NCBI GenBank assembly: GCA_951406725.2
Contig: OX597832.1
Coordinates: 66,092,001 to 66,156,000 of the forward strand
Source of the DNA: Octopus vulgaris
Lineage: Eukaryota
Length of the DNA stretch: 64,000 bases
Direction: 5' to 3'
Shown: positions 24,408 to 39,044 of the stretch, in pieces
How positions within the stretch are numbered: the stretch's first letter is position 1
How the letters are laid out: every line of letters starts with the position of its first letter
Notes under the pieces: generated by a model
The model's input: only the letters and a program-made list of their open reading frames with translations
What the model was told of the DNA's origin: nothing
The model's database searches: none
Program-made: the position numbers and the translations under genes

Positions 24408-26259
24408 TCTATCTTATCAAGCGTCTGCCTGCAACACCTAATTGCTATTCGCGCGTGTTGAAATATCAATTTAACATCAACTTTTATTCGTGTAAGGCTG
24501 AAAAGGTGTGTAACAGTAGCTATACTGTTCAAATTACGATAGGGGGGCGAGTTGCTAAAAAGAAAAATCGCTTTTTAAAAGATAAATGTCACATTAGACT
24601 AAAATGATGCTATAAACAGGCGTAAATATCATTGTAAGATACAGAAAAGCGAAATACATAGATAGAACAATAAAGGGAGAGGGAGAAAAATTTTGAGTGT
24701 ATGTATGAGTGTATGTGTGCGTGCGTGTGGGTGTGAGTATGTGTGCGTGTGTAGTCACTTTAAATTAATTATATTACCTCTAAAATTGATATTTTAATAA
24801 ACAGAAATGTCTATTCTCTATGGAAACAGCAACTTTAATTTGGTCCTTAAGCGGTCAACTTTAATTTGGTCCCTAAGCGTTAGTAAAAATTGGCAAGCTG
24901 TCACTAAAGTCAAATTAATTTATTATGAACCCCTCTATCAATGTTGTGCCTACAAAATAAAGCATCGTTATTTTTATAGTTTTGAATATATACTCCAGCA
25001 CCAATAGTAGCCACAATAGCAGGGGAAGTAGTAGTAGAGGTAGTTTTACTTGTAGTAGTAGTATTAGTTGTGGTAATGCGAGTTGGGTGGTGTTAATTTC
25101 GTTGCAAATTCAAACGCAGTTCGATTATCACGTTCCATATTTCGTCCTATTTCTCTGCGGTGCCTAAGCTATCCGCTATAAAATATTGGTAAATCATATA
25201 AACTTGCACTCTGTGTATTTTTCTGAAACAATTTTAATCGTTCCCAAAAGATCTACAATTAGAGACGTTCTTTCTGGTTATCTCTATTTCCAGATCTATA
25301 TATTTCCATAGTTTTGCGAGTGTATTTAATGTTGCATTATTGACTGCTGCTAGAGATAAATTTCGATCAGGGATAATTAGTCCTCAGATTTTCCCACGAT
25401 ATATTAAGTGGTTCATTGCATTTGATTATTCTGCTTCTATATATTAGAGTATGCCCGAGAGCGGTGGCTCTGTCGAGATCTGAGATCTCATAATACTACT
25501 AAAGTTTCCAAGGTTTGACGGAATCGATAGAGTGTCGGCCGAAATATTTTTTCAGAGTTCGCTTGCGTCTATTTATCGTTAAACTGTAAATATTTTCCCC
25601 AGAAATGTTCCTACCAAATTATATGAAGGAATGTCATATTATTATTCAATACGGCGTAAACGCCATATTATTTGTTCTTTTCCTTCGATGTTTTTCTTTA
25701 GTTTTGCAAATTGATAATAGATCCACATCATGATAATTAGCATTGCTGAAGAACAAATTTTCTATAATAGTGTAATAATATATATATTATCGCTTATAAA
25801 AGGCACAGCTATTAAATCTGCGTCTGATCTACATGATTCTAGCAAAAAGCCACTTGGAAATAGCGGATTGCTCTGTACCGAAGTATATCTTTGATTGTTG
25901 TTTTAATTAATTAATAAGGATTCATATTTAAATATATTTTCATACTGTACACTTAGTGGTTTTCATGTTTTTATGTTCGTCGTCTAGCAAACGACAATTA
26001 ACAAAATCCTTTCGTCTCTACCCTCATTTATTATTATTTTAGGTTCTCATAATTGAATAGGTTCTACTTACATATTTTTTTCTCAAACAGTAGAAGAGAT
26101 ACGATTGGAAAGGAAATAGGCTCATATTTCTAATATACTTAGTAAACATAGAAAAAATTCGTCCTAGGCTTTCTTACCAAACGGAGTAGATAACAATATA
26201 TTTACCCTTACTGTTCCATTACACAATACAGTGTAGCAAAGAAGCAGGCTTTGCGATTG

Positions 26260-26553
26260 CGTGATTTCGGATACAATTCTACTAGCCGGTGCATTAGGCA
26301 AGTGGTTTCTAATATATTACCAAGCCGACTAAGGCCTTGTTGGTGATTCTGGTAGAGAGAAAATAGGTAGAAGCCCGTCGGGGACAGCAACATGAAGCTC
26401 ACTCGTTTAACAAATGACACACACATCAGTGGTGGTTTCACGTAGTGAGAGTGTAGGAAAGCTAACAGCGGTGCTCCAGCATGGATACAACTCTCCAGCT
26501 GAAACTTGCAGATAATATATACATACACACACACAAACACGCACTCACACACT

Positions 26554-26587
<34 letters not shown>

Positions 26588-26820
26588 TTCATACACACAC
26601 ACACAGAGAATCGTTTTTGTGCCTGTTTCAAACCGCCAAATGATTGACAACCGGTGTTATTTTGTTTGCGTAACTTATTGGTGCGGTAAAAGGAGTTTAA
26701 AGCAATTAGTACCATGTATAAAAATAGGTAGTGGGGTCAATTGATCCAACTGAAACTAGTGAAGCCAGTGCAACGGCATGTCCGCAGCCTAATCACTGAA
26801 ACAAGTAAATGACGAAACGA
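26260..26820 (+). mobile_element. Old degenerate SINE (39045 family) interrupted by microsatellite and a second SINE tail
   Basis: ggcaagtggtttctaatat..gccgactaaggccttg..ggtagag..gaagcccgtcg and ttgacaaccggtgtt..gtaactta match the 39045 copy. Extra gcggtgctccagcatgg tail at 26468. Confidence 0.6.
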
Positions 26821-27229
26821 AAGGTGAGACCGATAGCGAAGCGTTAAATCAACGATATTCAGGCCAACCCACAATTATGTGTACTTCGAACATTTGAATT
26901 CTTTTATCCTCGCATAAACTATTATTTGTGCTCTTCATTGGTATCGGAAATCACTCTATGGTTGCTTAGCTTCAAATTTGGAAACAGTGGTTGCTTGTTT
27001 GAAAGTGTAACACTTTTAATGTTTCTATAATAGAGGCGGAGGATGTTTGTCCAATTATTTCCTACAGCATCTTCTGTGGCTTGCTGCCGCTAAAAGCTGT
27101 CGCTAAAGGTAAGTAGGATGCATTTTACATAGAATCAAAATACAAATGACTATCGAAAACTGTATGCATTGTCGGCTTTGACAGTATGCGTCCTACTTTA
27201 ACAAACACAAGAACATCATCATGTTCTTG

Positions 27230-27265
<36 letters not shown>

Positions 27266-27294
27266 TATATATACATATACATATATATACATTA

Positions 27295-27364
<70 letters not shown>

Positions 27365-27977
27365 GCATACATACATGCATGCATACATATATATTGTTTA
27401 CGTCGAAGGGTCTTATAATTTTATATGGGGGTCGACGTAAATCAAGTTTGACAGGAGAATAATTTGTTTTCTTGTTTTTAATGTTTCTATTCCTAACAGC
27501 AGCGGGAGCAGCGGCAGTGACAGGGACAGTGGAAGCAGCAGCAGCAGCAATAACAGTAGTAGTAGTAGTGGTATCAGCAGCAGCAGCAGCAGTAAAGCAG
27601 CTACAGCGTCTATAGCCTCACCGCCAACAGAACTACGTACACTAATGATATTAATGCTTAAAATAAAGGCTGTAATCTGACATTATTTCCCTACCATCAT
27701 ATTGACTTAATCCTCTGTCATTTCTTGCCACATGCTATAATATTCATATTCCGTTCTCTTCCTTTTCTTTCTACAATTTCTTCTCTTTCTTCTTTCTTCT
27801 TACCCTTCTGTCTTTTTCTCGATCGCTCTTTAAGTACCTGCTTTCCTTCTATCCAATTCCACATTCAGCCAGTAACGTGCCAGTAAATACAAACGAGTTA
27901 ATAAACCCATTTCCGCAATACACCAGCTTCCACACACATAAACACACATAGACACACACACAGACACACACACCCAC

Positions 27978-28029
<52 letters not shown>

Positions 28030-28055
28030 TATATATGTATCTATCTATCTATATA

Positions 28056-28166
<111 letters not shown>

Positions 28167-28926
28167 GAAACTGATGATAATAAATTTCTAAATACACATA
28201 CGTACATATATATCTATGCATGCGTGTATGTATGGATGCATATATGTATATACATACGGAGCTACGCGTTCATTTATGTATCTTTCTACCTACGTCTACC
28301 TACATATATATATATATATATATAGAAGAAGAAGAGAGAGAGATAGACAGACAGATACATAAATATGATTGTATGTATGTTTGTATGTATAAAGCAGTAG
28401 GCAGGAAAAAATGTAGAGGTAATGAGAACATAGTATAAACCAAAATCTAGAAACATGTGTCACCAAAGAACATGTCATTTAGAATTATCAAGTTGATTGA
28501 TTTGCGTGGGAATTAAATAAGAGAAAAAGAGTAACAAGTAGACGGCAAGTAGAGTACATTCGCTTTTGCTAGTGCTGGGTGTCAGTAGGCCTTTTCGGTG
28601 TCTTCGTTACGTATTGTCGTATGATTACAGTTTCACTACAATTGTGTAAGTGGATTGATTTCTATGAACGCCATAGCAAACACACACACACATACACACA
28701 AACACACACACACATAAACACACACACACACACATACATATACATATACAAATGTTTATGCAAATGCGTGTGCCTACACACCAACACACGAAGTTGCGTA
28801 TAAGTCATCAAATGTACAGTACTTTTATACGTGACATGTTTAGATAAGTAGTATTTAAATATTTACTTGCACAAATACGCTCGCACGTATATCGGTGTAT
28901 GTGCATGTGTTTGTTATTGTAAGAAT

Positions 28927-29030
28927 GCACACATACGCACACATGCACATACGCACACATGCACATACGCACACATGCACATACGCACACATGCACATAC
29001 GCACACATGCACATACGCACACATGCACAT
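28927..29030. repeat. 16-bp minisatellite (CACATACGCACACATG) x~6
   Basis: Seen directly. Confidence 0.85.
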
Positions 29031-29111
29031 ACACACATAAATAATATGTAATATATACATATATATCATATATATCGACATATATTCAAATACATACAAC
29101 AGCAGATTAAT

Positions 29112-29151
<40 letters not shown>

Positions 29152-29158
29152 CATATAC

Positions 29159-29199
<41 letters not shown>

Positions 29200-29200
29200 T

Positions 29201-29304
<104 letters not shown>

Positions 29305-29305
29305 G

Positions 29306-29341
<36 letters not shown>

Positions 29342-29789
29342 TGGAAAGAGTGTAGGTGATTGGGAAAACAACGACAGTTCGAGTGCAACTCTGTTTATTT
29401 TTCTATGTACTTCAGTACTGCTGTCTCTGTTTATATTGCAATATGTGGTAGCCTCACTATCTAGGTTTTGCTTTCTCTTCTTTCATAAGGAAACGTGCAC
29501 GTTCAGATGAGGAGACACTTGGACACACAAATCATTGCTTGCATCTTCTACCTCAATTTTTCTCTCTCCATGCATACAGAATCGTTAAAGTGTTAGTGTG
29601 TGCGTGTGGTGGGGCACAGTATGTGTGTATAGTCTATATGTATATCACCTGCACATAACTGATTATTTCTATAGACCAAACCTCTTATTACTAGTCACAT
29701 CTTATTATCAAAACATATCTTATCCGGAAGAACACTATACCACCGCCAATGTAATTTCAGCTATCCCACCCTCTTTCTTTCTTTGCCAC

Positions 29790-29999
<210 letters not shown>

Positions 30000-30644
30000 C
30001 CTCTTGCTATCTCTCTCTCTTTATATATATATTTATATGCGTTTGTGTATGTGTGTGAGTGTGTGTGCGTGCGTGTGTGTGTGTGTGTGTGTGAAGTATT
30101 ATTAGTCATAAACAGTAATACAGTGGTGACTAGCAAGACTTCCACCTAAACAGGTATAGTATAAAATATATGAAGAAAGAAGAGGAAATATACCGCTCGC
30201 GAAAAATAAAAGCGACATCTTAAAAAAACCCAACAATTCTACGGTAAATACACAAACGAACAATGTAAATATTTCATCTCAGTACATTATCTTTTGAGTT
30301 TTTCTATATTTATTTATCCGTACACCCCAGAAATGAGCAGTTATCTTCCCTGTCCCGAATAATAACGATTACCAATTACCTCCCCTTAGATTTTTATACT
30401 TGTTGATTCATTTCATTCACAAACTCCCATAAACAACATGGACGAGAATTTTCTTAAGAAAACACAAAATTACAACAATTTCAATGTTATGGTTAGCAAA
30501 ATCAAAATCTGACGAGAAACACAATACTCTTTCTGTTATAAAACATATTTTAAAAAGCTATTAATCCTATGTAAACTGTGCATTTTCCTTCTTTTATTTC
30601 AAATGTTGGGATAATCACAATTATCCTTCAAAGCTTTTCTCACA

Positions 30645-30689
<45 letters not shown>

Positions 30690-30779
30690 CATGTAGTATT
30701 AATAACTGAATCCATATGATATATATATATATATATATACCGTGTAGTATTAATAACTGAATCCATCTAATATATATAT

Positions 30780-30945
30780 AATGTTTCATCATTTTTTCCC
30801 TGTTATTCCTTTCTGACGAAGAGCGTAGGCTCGGAACGGAAAACTCTTTTCCAGTTTTCATTCCGAGAGATAAATTAATACTCCTGCCTGTTGTTCCCTC
30901 ACCTGTCTTCATCATTTCCTTTTCTCTAAACCTGAATTATATATA
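30780..30945 (+). mobile_element. PLE-type terminal remnant with mutated minimal hammerhead
   Basis: CTGACGA-A-GAGC-gtag-GCTC-GGAA (30813-30836), with GAAA mutated. A related copy at 58152-58186 reads GTTT-CTGAAGA..GAAACGTA-AAAC. Confidence 0.6.
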
Positions 30946-31592
30946 TTGTTTTTTCCTTTATCCTTAATTTATATTATTTCCTCTTCCAGCTACCCACTGC
31001 TCTAAGCCTACGATAATAAAATGTCACCTACACCCAACTCCAACCTCCCTAAGAACCAGCTGACTTCATGTATCCCACTTCACAAATAATATTCTTAAAC
31101 GCGACAGACAAACTTTTTATTCATTCCTCCATAGCTGGCCTCGTTAGATTTCAGCCACGTATCTGCTCTGTTCTTAGGATGTTCCTTGGTTTTCAATATT
31201 ACGTTTCATCTAATGATTATGACTTTTTTTTCTAATGAAGTCATATTCTCATCTTTGCATAGATGCGTAAGAAACAGCTGCAATGAGATGACACTTATCC
31301 ATCGTATGTTATTATTCATCTGATCATAATACACTAAGGGGATTTACAACTTGTCAGACACTCAAAGTATAACTATAACGTACAATTCAACCTAACGTCT
31401 GCTTTGGACAAGCCCCTAGACGCTAATTACTCATAGTATTGGTTTTCTCTGAGTACGCTACCGGAATATACAATTTGATATTTACAAACCATAGTCCGAA
31501 ACCACAGGTTTATCCAACCCTACCTGGTGCATATTTTTTCAAGCACTTGATTCTATCTCAATATTTTTCTTACTATATATATATATATATGT

Positions 31593-31667
<75 letters not shown>

Positions 31668-32344
31668 AGTGTGTGTGTGCGTGTGTATTATGCAGACATA
31701 TGAATACATGTATATTCTCACATACATTATTATACATTATTCATAGCTTCTCTAATAAATGACGAAGATTGTTTTATTTTTATATTTTTATGCGTTATAA
31801 TTATTTTATATTTCGAAAAGGATATAAGCGGCCAACGTGATATCATACACCGTGTAGTATTAATAACTGAATCCATCTAATAAAGAGCTAACATTATTGT
31901 TGACGGTTCATTTATCAAAGGTTGCTTGCTTTGTTTCACTCTCTGTACTGTTTATTATAGAGGAAATAATTCATTGAAATATAAACAATGGATATTTATT
32001 GGTGTAAGAATTAGAATCCTAAATATCATATTATCAAACTAAAATGTCGCTTTACGAAACTAACGTTTTGTGTTCAGATAGATATATACACATGCATACA
32101 CACACAAATAAGTACACAGCGACGCGGAGATGCACTCAATTGTATGACATATACATGTGTGTGATTCTCTGTGTGTGTGTGTGCGAATGCGTGTGTAGGT
32201 GTGTAGAATGTACTTATATATCATATCCTTCTTTCACAATATTCCTATCTACTGGGATATATATATATATAATTATATACATATATATATATTTATATAT
32301 ATGAATGCATATATACACATATATGTATTCATGCGTATACACAC

Positions 32345-32436
<92 letters not shown>

Positions 32437-32462
32437 CTGGCAATATGACCATTCCGAAATAT

Positions 32463-32498
<36 letters not shown>

Positions 32499-32500
<2 letters not shown>

Positions 32501-32712
32501 AGGCGCAATGGCCTAGTGGTTAGGGCAGCGGACTTGCGGTCGGAGGATCGCGGTTTCGATTCCCAGACCGGGCGTTGTGTGTGTTTATTGAGCGAAAAAC
32601 ACCTGAAAGCTCCACGAGGCTCCGGTAGCAGGTGGTGATCCCTGCTGTACTCTTTCACCACTCTAAAAGGCGGTGCTCCAGCATGGCCGCAGTCAAATGA
32701 CTGAAACAAGTA
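32499..32712 (+). mobile_element. tRNA-derived SINE (chimeric head and tail)
   Basis: A box TGGCCTAGTGG and B box-like GGTTTCGATTCC. The 3' tail ggcggtgctccagcatggccgcagtcaaatgactgaaacaagta is shared with the 39045 SINE and is followed by poly-A. Confidence 0.85.
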
Positions 32713-32715
32713 CAA

Positions 32716-32767
<52 letters not shown>

Positions 32768-32823
32768 CATATACATATATCTACAGAATTTTTTGAAGTC
32801 ACGTACAGATAATGTATTCTCTA

Positions 32824-32911
<88 letters not shown>

Positions 32912-33009
32912 AATATATATAAATAATGTGTGTGTGTGTGTTTGATACATTATATATATTTTAGTGTAGGTAGATAGAGAGTGAATGATAGAAAGACAAT
33001 AACTCCAGT

Positions 33010-33073
<64 letters not shown>

Positions 33074-33582
33074 GATAGATAGATAGACTGAGATATATAT
33101 ATATACATAATAGAATTCACACATAGAGATGTTGATATAGATATACAATTGTATATCATATTTTTATATCAAGATAAACCTTTCAGAAATATAATGTCTT
33201 ACAGTTCAGAAATAGAGATATAAAAGTGATGGAGTGAGACATCGACTTGTTGAAACGAACGAACATATTTAAAAATAGATTCAATTCATAAACTATTCTC
33301 TTTTATCCAGAACAAAAAAGCGAATTTAAACAAATATTAAAGTGTACAGAGATTAAAGCGAATAGGCCTGAAAACGTCTCCTGTCATTATTCGCTTTCGA
33401 TAATATATTTGATTGTTTGGATTTAATGGCCTGTCATCAGCACTATCTAATTAGGATGAACAGTTTGGTGAGAGGGTTAATATTTTTAGTATTTTTAGTA
33501 ACATATATTCTGCTTGATGTGTCCCTATATCTGTATTTTCCTCTGTATGTTCGTGTGTGTGTGTGTGTGTGTGTATACACCC

Positions 33583-33641
<59 letters not shown>

Positions 33642-33680
33642 ATTATACAGGTGCGCTTGTATATATACATTTATGTATAT

Positions 33681-33723
<43 letters not shown>

Positions 33724-33951
33724 ACATTTATGTATATATATATGTGTGTATATATATATATTTATAAAACATAGTTAATATATTTAAATATACACGTGCT
33801 TATATCTATGTACTTATATATATATATATATGAATTTCTGCATACTTATACCTATACATATATATACATAACCATATAAGTACATATGTAGAATCCTCAA
33901 CACACACAGAGGCACATTCAAACAAACCCACACCCATACACACATACAAAC

Positions 33952-34003
<52 letters not shown>

Positions 34004-34089
34004 GTGTGTTTGAATAATTATTCCAATAATCGAACAGTATTCACGGTAGCATCTTCGCCGGGTGTAAGATTGTAAAAAAACAGTAGTTG

Positions 34090-35830
34090 AGTGGTGTTTA
34101 AAAACACGCTAATCCCTTGAAAATGGGGTAGAATCATTTTTCTTGTCTCAGCTCCAGTTGCCCACCGTTTGCATTGCTACACTTTTAGTAAACCTTCTCA
34201 GTTAAATGTAATTTGGTTAATGAGGGCGTTTGCCGTTGCCCCCTTCATCTGCGTTTCTTTTAACGACGTATGTCCATCCGGAATCTTTGATACGAGATGA
34301 TCCAGTTTCGTTTTGAAAATGCCTGCACCTTTCCCATGTACGTCTTTCAGGCTTTATGTGATTGATATTGATGAGTTTTGAACCTGTGTCTGTATGTGGT
34401 CCCGTTACTCGATGACAATGATGGGATTTCTGGTACTACGCAGTGGGGCCCTGTTTTGCTGTTTGTATAACTGAAAATACCAAAATTTAGTACACGCTCT
34501 AGGATTTTTGAGATGTATATTACTGAATGTCATTAACGCCGTCGTTCCTGAGAGTAGATTATTAACATATTCATTGTATCCCAGGAGATAACGTCGCATT
34601 TAGATGATGTTCTTTTTGTTGCTTCGCGAGATTGCTTCGAGTTTTGCTGTTAATTTTACACTGTGTGATGACCATTGTTGAGAACAGTAATCTTAATGGT
34701 TGAGTACAAATGTCCTCCAGACGGTGATCCTGGTTTCGTATTTTCTTGTTCTGAAAGTTCGAAGGATCCCCCAAGCCAACCGTCTGCGTTTTATTGTTAA
34801 CTCAGTAATATGCACCTTGAAACATGCTACGTTACTCATGTGGATGCCAAGGTCACCCCCTGATTTTATGACTACAATCCCTTCTGGTCCAGTGTATCCT
34901 GTTTACTTTTCATTTATTTCCGTGTATTGAACGTGGATGGCTTGGAATTTTTCAGCATTAAACTGCATGTTATTTTCCATTGCCACATGTATATTGCGAC
35001 CACCACTGTCGATCCATAACGTTTTTAGGGTTCTGTATTCTCCAAGAGACGTTTGTGTCATTTGCATAAGTAGCAAGGGTGGCTATCTGAACAGCTGAGG
35101 GCATGTCTGAGAGGGCTACTATTAATAGCAATGACACCAAAATAGTCCCCTGTAGAACACGATTAATATTTTTGTGTTTCCTTGAATTTGTCCCCATTGA
35201 CCACCACCAGATGACTCATATCTTGCACAAAGTCGTAGCCATTCTCCAAGTTTTCCGACCATGCCAAAATTACGCAGTTCGTAATTTATCATACCATGTT
35301 CAACTTTATCAAAGGCTTTTGCAAAATGAAGATGAATCAGGTCCACATTTGTGTTGTTGAGCAGCTCCTTAAACACGCAAGCGTAGTGCTGCAAGAGCTA
35401 TGTTTGCCAGCTTCTATCACGTCGAAAACCACACTCGGTGTCAGTCAGCAAGTGATTTTGTTGAAGGAAAGCAATTAGTTTCCCTCGGACTATTCGATCC
35501 ATGACTTCCCTGATGTGTGAGCTCAAAGAAAGAGGAGTTAAAGATTTTAGCTTCTGCTCAGCTTCCCCCTTTATTAATAAGGTACAATACCTCCTTCAGT
35601 TTTCTTGGGAGCGTACCATTTGCAAAGAAGCTATGAAGAAGCTGCAGTAGTTTTGCGAGGACTCATTTGCATGACTTAAGAAAGATTGCTGGGAATCCAT
35701 CTGGATCAGCAGTTAAGTTTGCGTCGAGGTCATCTATTTCCAGTATTATATCCTCGTCTTTGATGTTGATGTAATCAATTATTACGAACTCCCTTCCTAC
35801 GTCTGTAGTTGTAAGGAATTCTACAGGTTT
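34090..35830 (-). mobile_element. Decayed CR1/L2-type LINE reverse transcriptase region
   Basis: VDLIHLHFAKAFDKVEH (35122-35394) and VLQGTILVSLLLIVALSDMP..YANDT (34970-35197), i.e. degenerate DFAKAFD / PQG / YADD motifs. Confidence 0.85.
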
Positions 35831-35859
35831 GCTAACTTGCATATATAGATAACGGAGTG

Positions 35860-36912
35860 TCGACGGAACTGTTCATAGGGCTAACAAAATGCTCTCATGG
35901 AATGTCAGCGAACGAGGTTTATTTTTCAGTATGGTCCATCTTGCGGTTCGCACACAGCTTCAGTTGTGCTGTAGTCCTTGAATGCCATTAGTGAAAAAGT
36001 TTGTTGCTCACAAACGTCATCAGCAACAGATATATCACTGCTATACTGGTTCCGAGCCAAGAGTATTTTAGAGTTGGATGGGACCAAATCAGTAGAATTG
36101 GGAGAGTAATTAACCAGTTCGAGGCCACAGTCATGCACAGTAGCCATTGAAACCAAGAACATGTGTGCTGGAATATTTTCCTCATGAAACTAGAACTCTT
36201 TCAACAGTTTCCTGGACGTTTGAACTACATAGACTTTCGTAACTGCCTCAGCAGGTTAGCATAGTAATCTCCATTGATGGTGTGGCCACTTTAAATGTAT
36301 TCAATAAACTCTGTGCCATTTGCATCCATCAACATTGAGGCCATCATTTACTCTACAGATGAAACGATGCTGGCCTGTTTTTGGAACAGGTAAGGAGGAT
36401 TGTTTCTAACCCAATGAGTATCTCCGTGTATCTGGTTAAGATACCCCCATCACTTATGGAGAGTTAGGAAATGCTCAAGGGAACCAGCTGGATCTAACCC
36501 AATCTATGTCAGATTTTCCCGTGATGTGATCAGCCTGGTGCACTTCTGATCAGGTTTCAGAAGACGTGGAACCCACCAAACAGAATCCTTCGTCATGGCA
36601 TGTTCATTTTGCAGAATATTCTCATCGCTTTGACGGATATGCTAATACCATTAGCGATTTGATTTCCACATGACTGGAACGGGGTAGAAAAAGTCCTCCT
36701 CACCTGTTCCAAAAACAGGCCAGTATCATAAATCTGCAGGGTAACTGATTGCCTCATTTTTGATGGATGCAAACGGCACAGCGTTTATTGAATAACTTTA
36801 AAATAGCCACACTATCTATGGAGAGTACTATGCTAACCTGCTGAGGTAGTTACGAAAGTCTATGTAGTTCAAACACCCATGAAAACTGTTGAAAGGGTTC
36901 TAGTTTCATGAG
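35860..36912 (-). mobile_element. Decayed mariner transposase with an inverted internal duplicate (36710-36912, + strand)
   Basis: VHDCGLELVNYSPNSTDLVPS (YSPDLAPS-like). 36183-36400 is the reverse complement of 36710-36912 (gatggatgcaaa.ggcaca..tttattgaata..atggaga.tactatgctaacctgctgagg). Confidence 0.8.
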
Positions 36913-37378
36913 GAGACCAAACAGCTAATAGTATTAGTATATCCGTGAAAGCAATGAGAATATTCTGCACAATAAACATGGCATATGGCGAAGATGCGCA
37001 ACTTTTTCTTCGGTGATGGAATTTGCTGGACGTCCAGATCTTGGGTACTATTTAGGAATCCAGCGTCCCCTTCTTAAATTCAGTTGCCTAATGTTGCACT
37101 CTCGTTAAAGCTGGAACGTCATCGGCAGCTGTAGCAACAATCTCAGCAAGAGTGTCTTTCGGGGATAAACCATTTTCCTGCAGCACTTCATAATACCAAG
37201 ATGCCAAATTTTGTCCATTTTTAAGAGTAGTCACTACTTGTTTAATTTGTTCTTATTTTAACTCATGTCCCTTGTCCGGTAATCTTTCGTCATACATCTG
37301 TGATCTTTTCGGTACCAGTTTCTGTCCTCGTGTGTGCTCCTGCTCCACTTTCACCATTCTGTTCTTCTATAATGTGTA

Positions 37379-37848
37379 TTTAACCCATCTTTTTAATAAA
37401 TGCATTGTCATTTTTTTTCAGGTAAACTGATATCTGACTGGAGTTTCCATGCTCATGTATGCTCCTGCTCGGCTTAGCCCATTTTCTTCTCTGATGTGTA
37501 TCCTTATATGCGCATGCGTTTCGGCCTGTATCTATGTGTACTTGAGTGTGCTTGTGTGCGTGTGCGTACGCGTGTCTGTATGTGTACGCAGAGACACGCA
37601 CAAACACACACACATACACACATATACGCTCACAGATACAGGCGCAAACGCATGCACATATAAGGATACACATCATAGAAGAGAATGGGCTAACCGAGCA
37701 GGAACATAGAAAGTTCAGTCAGCTATCAGTTTACCTGAAAAAAAAAAGACAAAGCATTTATTAAAACATGGGTTAATTTTAATGCATGCAAGTTTCCACT
37801 AGTATCACTGCATCATATTCAGTCTATGAACTTTTCAACCCACCCTCG
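37379..37848. repeat. Foldback of mariner subterminal sequence (~150 bp arms) followed by a mariner TIR
   Basis: 37379-37532 is an imperfect inverted repeat of 37633-37776. 37780-37848 is the reverse complement of the mariner end at 54825-54897. Confidence 0.8.
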
Positions 37849-37885
37849 TGTGTGAGCATATACACACACACACCCACACACACAC

Positions 37886-37935
<50 letters not shown>

Positions 37936-38555
37936 ACACACATACACATGCATATATATATATATGAAGAGAGGAAGAAAGTGAAAGAGAGGCACTATGA
38001 AGCAAAAAAGAACACGAGGAATAAATATGTATACATGCATTTACACATCGATAAAATTTTTAATTGTTTATATACATTGAAATGTACACACTCAGCTAGA
38101 CATACACACGCTTACACAGATATGTATCTCTATCGGCCCAACAAACTCATATCCAAGTTCCTGGATCTCATGCTCTAGCGTCTTTCATTCCAAATATATT
38201 TGTATATAGATGTATGTATATGTATCAGCAGCAAATATCCACGATTGAATACTTATATTGATATTATTATTGCTACTATTATCTTAGGCAATATATATAG
38301 TTCATAATAGCAGCAACAATAATATAGGTGGTGGCAGGCCTAACATAGCATCCTTTAGTTATTGAATTAAATTTATATCAATCATAAGGACGCACAAATG
38401 CGTGTACCTGCTAGAGATAAATGTTAAAACCCTCCTTCAACCCGTCAAAATAACAATGAAAATAACAATATAACCAACAATACTCGGGCGAAGCGGATCG
38501 AAATAAACCCCTCACATACCTATATAGCATAAAGCTAAATTTTTTGGTATTAGTA

Positions 38556-38850
38556 TACATTACAATAAAAGATTACAATACATTATAATAGAAGATTAAG
38601 CATTAACAAGAAGTCCCATAATTTGAGGAAGTTCTTTCTGGAGTATATTTTAGTAATGCAGGTAAGTTCAAAAATTTAACTAATCGTAGTTAGTCATGGA
38701 AGACGTTTACCTGATGAAGGGGACATTATTTACTAGGATAAGTTAAATTTTTGAACTTTCTTACTAAAATGTACTCCAGAAACGGCTGTCGAATGGAGCT
38801 CCTCTAATAACGGGACTTCTTCTTACTATTTAATCTTTTATTGTAATGTA
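38556..38850. mobile_element. Inverted PLE-type terminal repeat remnant with hammerhead core
   Basis: 38556-38690 is inverted relative to 38730-38850. CTGATGA (38711) aGGGGACATT...AATGTaCTCCa GAAA (38779) CGGCTGTC; stem I is poor. Confidence 0.65.
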
Positions 38851-39044
38851 GTTATTTGCTCTTTCAACTGTCTTTTTTTGCCTACTTCATAAATTCGACG
38901 CTTTGTTACTTTTGTTTTGCATAATCCATATATGGTTTGCTCAATTTACACCTCGAAATTTTTCACCTTATTTACTTTTCGAATATTTTTACATTCTTTT
39001 AATCTATATGTTTATCTACATATTTTTGTGTTACTTTTATATAT

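Noticed and set aside
27495-27605. CAG/TAG-rich tract as a poly-Ser/Gln exon (similar tracts at 16320-16385 and 52540-52770)
   Set aside because: Mixed trinucleotide repeats without a supported reading frame or donor site.
28927-29030. CRISPR-like array
   Set aside because: Contiguous 16-bp units without spacers in eukaryotic DNA: a minisatellite.
32499-32575. tRNA gene
   Set aside because: A and B boxes are present, but it continues into a SINE body and tail and I could not build a convincing cloverleaf.
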